Below are positions 57,556-64,000 of a stretch of 64,000 nt of DNA, piece by piece. The stretch is from Octopus sinensis (Eukaryota). A program made the translations under genes and the position numbers. Position 1 is the first letter of the stretch. Every line of letters starts with the position of its first letter. The stretch is from positions 86,056,001 to 86,120,000 of the forward strand of contig NC_043001.1 in assembly GCF_006345805.1 (NCBI RefSeq), read 5' to 3'. Below the pieces are notes generated by a model that was not told where the DNA came from, made no database searches, and saw only the letters and a list, made by a program, of their open reading frames with translations.

Positions 57556-57950
57556 AAAATAAGCAACAAGAATGACTCCGGTAATTTGGTACAATCGTTT
57601 CATACTACATCATTTTATTAAATGTTGTAAGTATTACAACAGATTTAAGATGCTGAGTACTCATCAGCCAATTATAGAGGTTTTATATTATATAGATATA
57701 TATCCCCTCACCACTATTTCTACTCTAGCGGTCAACCCCTACAAGGGAATCTCGATTAAATGAAGTTTGCATTGCTGTAAGGGGGTACATGTCAACAATC
57801 GAACGATTCGATCAGAATGTCCGTGTGTCGACATGTACCTCTTAACGACAATGTAATCAAGATACCCTTGGCCTGAAGTGTATACACCTCGCTTAGATAT
57901 CTACCACTTCCGAAAGATAAGTAGCCTGGACATTATCTACTCCATTCCTT

Positions 57951-58026
<76 letters not shown>

Positions 58027-58069
58027 ATGCGCGCACCGCGTGTCTTATACTATAGCTGAAACAGTCTGA

Positions 58070-58194
58070 TCTATGCTTCAATTGGTTTCATATACGGCTT
58101 TTTTTTCTTGTTTTTTTTTTTTTTTTACCTATTCTGCAACAGTAAAACGTTTAAAGTACTTTTATTAAATTTTTGCTGCTGAAAACACTCGAAG
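58070..58194 (-). repeat. Inverted copy of the 57157-57274 spacer region
   Basis: tctatgcttcaattggtttcatata...gctgctgaaaacactcgaag is the reverse complement of the spacer, with several substitutions. Confidence 0.85.
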
Positions 58195-58239
58195 AGAAAT
58201 TTTTATTGTACAAATTTATTAGTAAAATCTGTTATGGTA

Positions 58240-58268
58240 GCTTAGCACACACATACACACAGCTCATT

Positions 58269-58324
<56 letters not shown>

Positions 58325-58548
58325 TCTGTCACCCACACCTACAAAATACGCGCGCACACATACACACTCTCTCTAACACATAACGTAGGCTCTCTTTCTC
58401 TCTCTCTCTCTCATGTGCGTAGACTCTCTCACATAGGCACACACATTCTCTCTCTCACGTAGACATTCTCTTTTTCTCTTCTCTCTCTCTCTCTCTCACA
58501 AACGCGTAGACTCTCTCTCTCTCTCTCTCTCATACATATACACGTAGA

Positions 58549-58580
<32 letters not shown>

Positions 58581-59411
58581 GACCTACACACACGCACCTA
58601 CACACACGCAGACTATTTCTGTCTCTCAGGAACTCAGGGTACGTTCATATTGTTGACATACTGCATGCTGTCATCACAAACGTCTTCTTACGATTCTTGA
58701 TTTGTTTATGACTTCAATGAAGAAATGCATAACGTAAATGTATTGTTAATAGTTAAAGTTGAATTCTTTTTTTTTTTTTCTTTGACTTCCTTTTTATCAA
58801 GTCTAGAAGTCTTGAAATTATTCAAATAGAAATTTTAGATACAATTTATTTCTTTTTTTATTTATTTATTTATTTATAGTTTAAAATGTTGGCTATTGTT
58901 TCAATAGAACTTTTGACACACACTGTGTTTCTCTGTCAAACACATACACACACACGTACGCGCGCATACACACACGCACACACTCAAAAACTCTCTCTCT
59001 CTCTCTCTTTCTCTCTCACTAGCTAATACAAACGCATGCAGCACATACCTTCATGGTCTCTCACACACGTACAGCACATACACACACACACACTTTCTCT
59101 TTCACAAACACATACTTTCTCTCACTCTCTCTCTCTCACAAACACACACACACGGTCTCTCTTACGCACACATACACTCTCACACATCCACAAACACACA
59201 GCACGCACAAACTCTCTCTCTCTCTCTCACACACAAACACTTTTTGTCTCTCACACACACTTTTTGTCACTCACACACATACAGCACATACACACACACA
59301 CACACACACACACTTTCTCTCTCTCACTCTCTCTCACACACACACATGGTTACTCTCACACACACATACTCTCAAGCATCAACATACATACATCACACAT
59401 ACACTCTCTCG

Positions 59412-59452
<41 letters not shown>

Positions 59453-59460
59453 ACAAAGAT
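58240..59460. repeat. (CT)n/(CA)n low-complexity region with recurring cgtagactctctc units (58380-58620)
   Basis: Directly visible. Confidence 0.9.
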
Positions 59461-59869
59461 ACCATTTTGCGTAGATTACATATTTCATATTTTTATAGTT
59501 TTTCGTTTTATATTATTTACCGTTGAAGTTTTCATTGTTCTAATGCAGTCAGTTCATTCTGTGGACTTTGTTGATCTGAGTTGAATTTCCTAATACATTA
59601 TTCCTCTCTGCTATAGGCACAAGGCCTTAATCTTTACGGGAAGGGGTTAGACGATTACATTGACCCCAGTGCTTAATTTCTCGAGACCGCAACGATAAAA
59701 GGCAAAGTTGACCTCGGTGGAATTTGAACTCAGAACGCAAAGCCGGACGAAATACCGCTAAGCAATTTTTTCCGACGTTCTAGCAATTCCGCCAGCTCGA
59801 TACCCCACTTTTCTAATACATTATTACATACGCGAGTACACACTGATTGATTATACCAGGGAATCATCA

Positions 59870-60319
59870 GAGTCAACAATTGATGCCAAACGGTGTTGTG
59901 ATGCGGCAAGGGCAAAGAAACAATAGGTAACCACTGAGATTACTGCAAGAATCAGGAAATAAATGAGAAGAAACTGAAGAGGATAGGAATGCTTGTCTCC
60001 AGGATGTAGGACAGAGAACAAATAGAAGAAACTTAGATCCTCAAAGGTTTTGCGATGGAATATGAATGGTCGTATAAGAAATGCCAGAGAATCTAATCAT
60101 AGCAAAGATCAATGTTGGTACATCCAATTTTGACAGAGTCATGATTCCTAGAACAAGCTCAATACATCAGATGAAGATGAATCTGTTCAGTGGACCAAGT
60201 TACCCATACTATCATGTTTTGCAAAGACTTTACATAAAGCACAATGAGAAACCATGCATAATGTCTTAATTTAAGTTGAGAGACCATTATTCCAACATGG
60301 CCTACTGTACGTGGCTTTA
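59870..60319 (+). pseudogene. Decayed Helitron Pif1-like helicase C-terminal fragment
   Basis: RNLDPQRFCDG...ENLIIAKI...RVMIPR, then LPILSCFAKTLHKAQ*ET..V...ERPLFQHGLLYVAL (SF1 helicase motifs V-VI). Confidence 0.8.
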
Positions 60320-60349
60320 AATGGGGGAATAAGGAATTAAAATGTTAGA

Positions 60350-61033
60350 AAGCACTTCTACCTGAAATGTTTTGATATTATTTCAGGAAGATTCAGTAGC
60401 TTTTTTCGAATGATTCCTAATCGAGAATGAATATTGGCTTTATCATTTTGAGCCAGAAATGAACATACCCCTCCTCACCTGCTCCAAAGAAGGCCAAGGT
60501 CGTTTCATCTGCAAGGAGGGTGATAACCTCAGTTCTTTGAGATGCAAAAGGCATTGTGTTTATTGACTATCGCCAAAAAGGGCCACGCCATTAATGGGGA
60601 ATACTGTGCCAACTTGCGGAGGTAGTTATGAAAGGCTATCAAGACCAAACGCCCAGGAAAACTGACAAACGGAGTTTTCTTTCACCAGGACAATGCCCAA
60701 GCAGACATGCCCTTGGTTTCAATGGCTAATGTACGTGACTGTGGCCTTGAACTGGTTGATTAGCCTACCTATTCTTTTGATTCGGCCCCATCTGGCTATT
60801 ATCTGTTCCCTTGGCTGGGAGCAGTATAGCAGTGATGATGACGTCATATCTGCTGTTGATGACTTTTTTTGGTGCAGCAGGTTGAAAGCTTTTTCACCAA
60901 TAGGATCCATGCATTGCAACACCAATGGATGGAGTGTGGACCGCATGGAGGACTATGTTGAAAAGTAAACCTCATTCAGTCACATTCCACGAAGATATAT
61001 TAGTCAACCTATAAACGTTTCAGCCGACCCTCT
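60350..61033 (+). pseudogene. Decayed mariner transposase 3' half with right end
   Basis: WLYHFEPE, PKKAKVVSSA, DAKGIVFIDY, HQDNA, DSAPSGYYLFP and EDYVEK*. Confidence 0.88.
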
Positions 61034-61226
61034 TAGCTGTTCATCCTTTTATCAACGATACTGCTTTTACTAGAACGGTGGAATGGCAAAATCATTAGAG
61101 CGCAAGACAAACTACTTTGCGTTCTTTGTTCAGGCTAATTATGTTCCGAACCGTCAAAGCCTTCACATCCCTCCCAAATATTGGACCTGCGTCTGTTAGA
61201 AATTGCTGCTACAACTACTACTACTG

Positions 61227-61287
<61 letters not shown>

Positions 61288-61288
61288 A

Positions 61289-61339
<51 letters not shown>

Positions 61340-61370
61340 GATACTGATACTAATAATAATAATAATAATG

Positions 61371-61411
<41 letters not shown>

Positions 61412-61420
61412 TATAATAAT

Positions 61421-61978
61421 AAATGCCCTGATGCAGTACCAAGCAGTGGCTCTCATAGCTTCTAATCTTAACTGATTGGAAGTGTTATCATTTACATTGT
61501 TTTGTCTTGGTATAAAAGATGGGCTACAGCAAATATTCTGCTCAATACCACAGATTTGCTTGTCAGTTGTTTGACCTTAACCAGTTGAGCATGTCCCTTA
61601 GTGGCTGACAATATGTGCATCTCTGATCATGAGTAGAAGTAGTGGGGGAGCATCATACCCATGCGTCGAGAGAGATTCTTTGGGGTTTGAATAATACCCC
61701 TCTGGAAACATGGGTGGTTCGTTCAACATTCTTAAACAACCCTTATTCGGGAACCTTTTGAGTGAGATGGACTACTTGACCAGAAGAAAAATCTATCCGG
61801 GCCCCACCGGCAAGGTCATGTGCTGTTTATTTTGATATGAGATTATCATGTCGCGCACATATGGTTGTGATGCATGTGCCTAGTGCACCCTTATCAGACA
61901 GGTAGTGATGATGGGTATACCGGGCTTCGTATATTTTACCCCAGTATCACCTTGATGGCATGCACTGCTCTCTCACTC

Positions 61979-62024
<46 letters not shown>

Positions 62025-62551
62025 GCCTTGATGCAGTACCAAGCAGTGGCTCTCATGGCTTCTAATCCTAACTGATTGGATGTGTTATCACGTACATTGC
62101 TTTGTCTTGGTATAAAAGATGGGCTACAGCAAATATTCTGCTCAATACCACAGATTTGCTTGTCAGTTGTTTGACCTTAACCAGTTGAGCATGTCTCTTA
62201 GTGGCTGACAATATGTGCATCTCTGATCATGAGTAGAAGTAGTGGGGGAGCATCATAGCCATGCGTTGAGAGGGATTCTTTGGAGTGAATAATTCACCTC
62301 TGGAAACATGGGTGGTTCGTTCAACATCCTTAAACAACCCTTATTCAGGACCTTTTGAGTGAAATGGGCTACTTGACCAGAAGAAAATTCTAACTGGGCC
62401 CCACCTGCAAGGTCACGTGCTGTTTATTTTGATATGGGATTATCATGTCGTGCACATATGGTTGTGATGCATGTACCTAGTGCACCCTTATCAGACGGGT
62501 AGTGATGATGGGTATACCGGGCTACGTATATTTTACCCCAGTGTCTCGCTC
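61421..62551. mobile_element. Two tandem copies of the 560-bp (AAT)n-flanked element (61421-61978, 62021-62551)
   Basis: Colinear copies separated by pure (AAT)n. The second copy has a short deletion near its right end. Confidence 0.9.
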
Positions 62552-62576
62552 AATAATAATAATAATAATAATGATG

Positions 62577-62628
<52 letters not shown>

Positions 62629-62663
62629 CACTACTACTACTACTACTACTATTAGTAATGCTA

Positions 62664-62695
<32 letters not shown>

Positions 62696-62747
62696 ACCGC
62701 TGTTACTGCTATTTTTGATGATGAAGTTTGTTTTCTATTTTGTGCAG

Positions 62748-62878
62748 GAAAATGGACAAAGTAAAAGAATGCATAGAGAACAAGAAACCTTGGATGGAAC
62801 ACTGTCACATCGATAACATGATATCTTGGGATATGTTCCAGAAAGGTTTTGGCTATCTTTGTGGTGAAGGATATGATG
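62748..62878 (+). CDS. Host gene internal exon (131 nt), continues the 56317-56449 exon
   Basis: Acceptor ttttctattttgtgcag and donor ATG|gtaagc. The only open frame is KMDKVKECIENKKPWMEHCHIDNMISWDMFQKGFGYLCGEGYD. Phase 2 matches the upstream exon (GG|G = Gly). Confidence 0.78.
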
Positions 62879-63255
62879 GTAAGCTGATGTATTTTGAAAT
62901 GCTGTTCAGTGCAGTGCTTGTAGTGTAGTGTAATGTACTGTGTTGTGTTGAGAGATGGCGGGGTATTGAGAGAGATTGAGACGGTTGTGGTTGGTTAAAG
63001 CTCGGTCAATCCTTGATTGAGCGGAGCAATTATTAAAAACACCAAACTGTGCCCGTCCTTCTTTTTCGGAAGCATCTGCTACTTCGATAGCCATTATAAC
63101 TTGTTCTTATTTAAGACAGCAAGTTGTTATTTGAAAAAAATATTGCTGCTATTTCTATCAGGTCGAACAATCTTGTGGAAGCTCACTCATTATCTTGTAT
63201 ACGGGGTTGTTCAGTCCGTGACCTAGTAGTTACAGTTTTGTGCGCATGATCATAA

Positions 63256-63564
63256 GTAGAGGCACATGGCCTAGTGGTTAGAGCAGCGGACTCGCGGTCC
63301 AGGGATCGCGGGTTCGAATTTCAGACCGGACGATGTGTGTGTTTATGAGCGAAACACCTAAGCTCCACGCGGCTCCAGCAGAAGGTAATGACGAAACTTC
63401 TGCTGACTCTTTCGCCACAACTTTCTCTCACTCTTTCCTCCTTCATCTTGCAGCTCACCTGCGACGGACCGAGAGTCTCGTCCAGGTAGGGAACCTATTA
63501 GCCAAGAAACTGGGAAACCGGCCCTTATGAGCCAGGTATGGCTCGAGAAGGAACAAACAACAAC
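63256..63564 (+). mobile_element. tRNA-derived SINE (family B)
   Basis: tggcctagtggttagagc...gggttcgaattt head; homologous to 36731-37008. Confidence 0.85.
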
Positions 63565-64000
63565 ATGATCATAAAGTCATGGGTTCGATTGCCGAAATGA
63601 GAAGCGCTATATAATTGAACAAGGCATATTAATCATTTAACGTTGCTCCAGTCTAGGCAGCTGAAAGTGAGCACCAACCGAGTGTTTGTACATCTTTCTT
63701 TCCTTTCATCGGTCATATCCTCAGTGTTTCGCTCGGTCCAAAAGTAGAACGGTCGAAGGTTGTCTACGTTAACTCGCATCTACATAGACACCTAAAACAA
63801 TTGGCGAATGCGTGTTCCAAGCAACCAACTCATGTTTCCTTACGATTGACTGTTAAGCCAGTCATTTCCAGTCGTGTAATGGTGCTTATGCAGTGGTTAA
63901 TGCGACGTAGTTGATGTGAGTATTTATTAAAAGTGAGACGATCTATCAAGCAACGTATTTCATCATCCACTTTTTCCTTACCTCCTCAACTCTGCCATCC

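Noticed and set aside
62748-62878. CRAL-TRIO/Sec14-like assignment from the MF..G..YL.G....G pattern
   Set aside because: The pattern is short and recalled from memory. The joined upstream exon gives a Cys-rich context that does not fit a cytosolic lipid-transfer domain.
63725-63915. Exon-like segment downstream of the second host exon
   Set aside because: All three frames contain stops, including the phase-compatible one.

Overview
AT-rich, repeat-saturated animal genomic DNA. The SINE/LINE complement and the (TA)n/(GATA)n/(AAT)n load resemble an Octopus-type cephalopod genome (inference, not verified). Almost all ORFs in the supplied track are microsatellite artefacts. Real coding signal is mostly transposon debris: Penelope-like (RT and GIY-YIG), R4/Dong, CR1-type, RTE, an RLE-type LINE, mariner/Tc1, Tigger and Helitron. 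There are also two phase-compatible host exons (56317-56449 and 62748-62878, +) that the ORF track missed; they encode a Cys-rich peptide of unknown family. The most unusual signals are: (i) at least six sequence families of minimal hammerhead-like motifs, several arranged as inverted pairs, one of them sense-oriented inside the host intron with a competing inverted copy of its loop; (ii) a 2.45-kb near-perfect palindrome; (iii) a cluster of elements that all sit in (AAT)n tracts. No prokaryotic features, CRISPR array, rRNA or true tRNA gene were found. There is one 100-N assembly gap.
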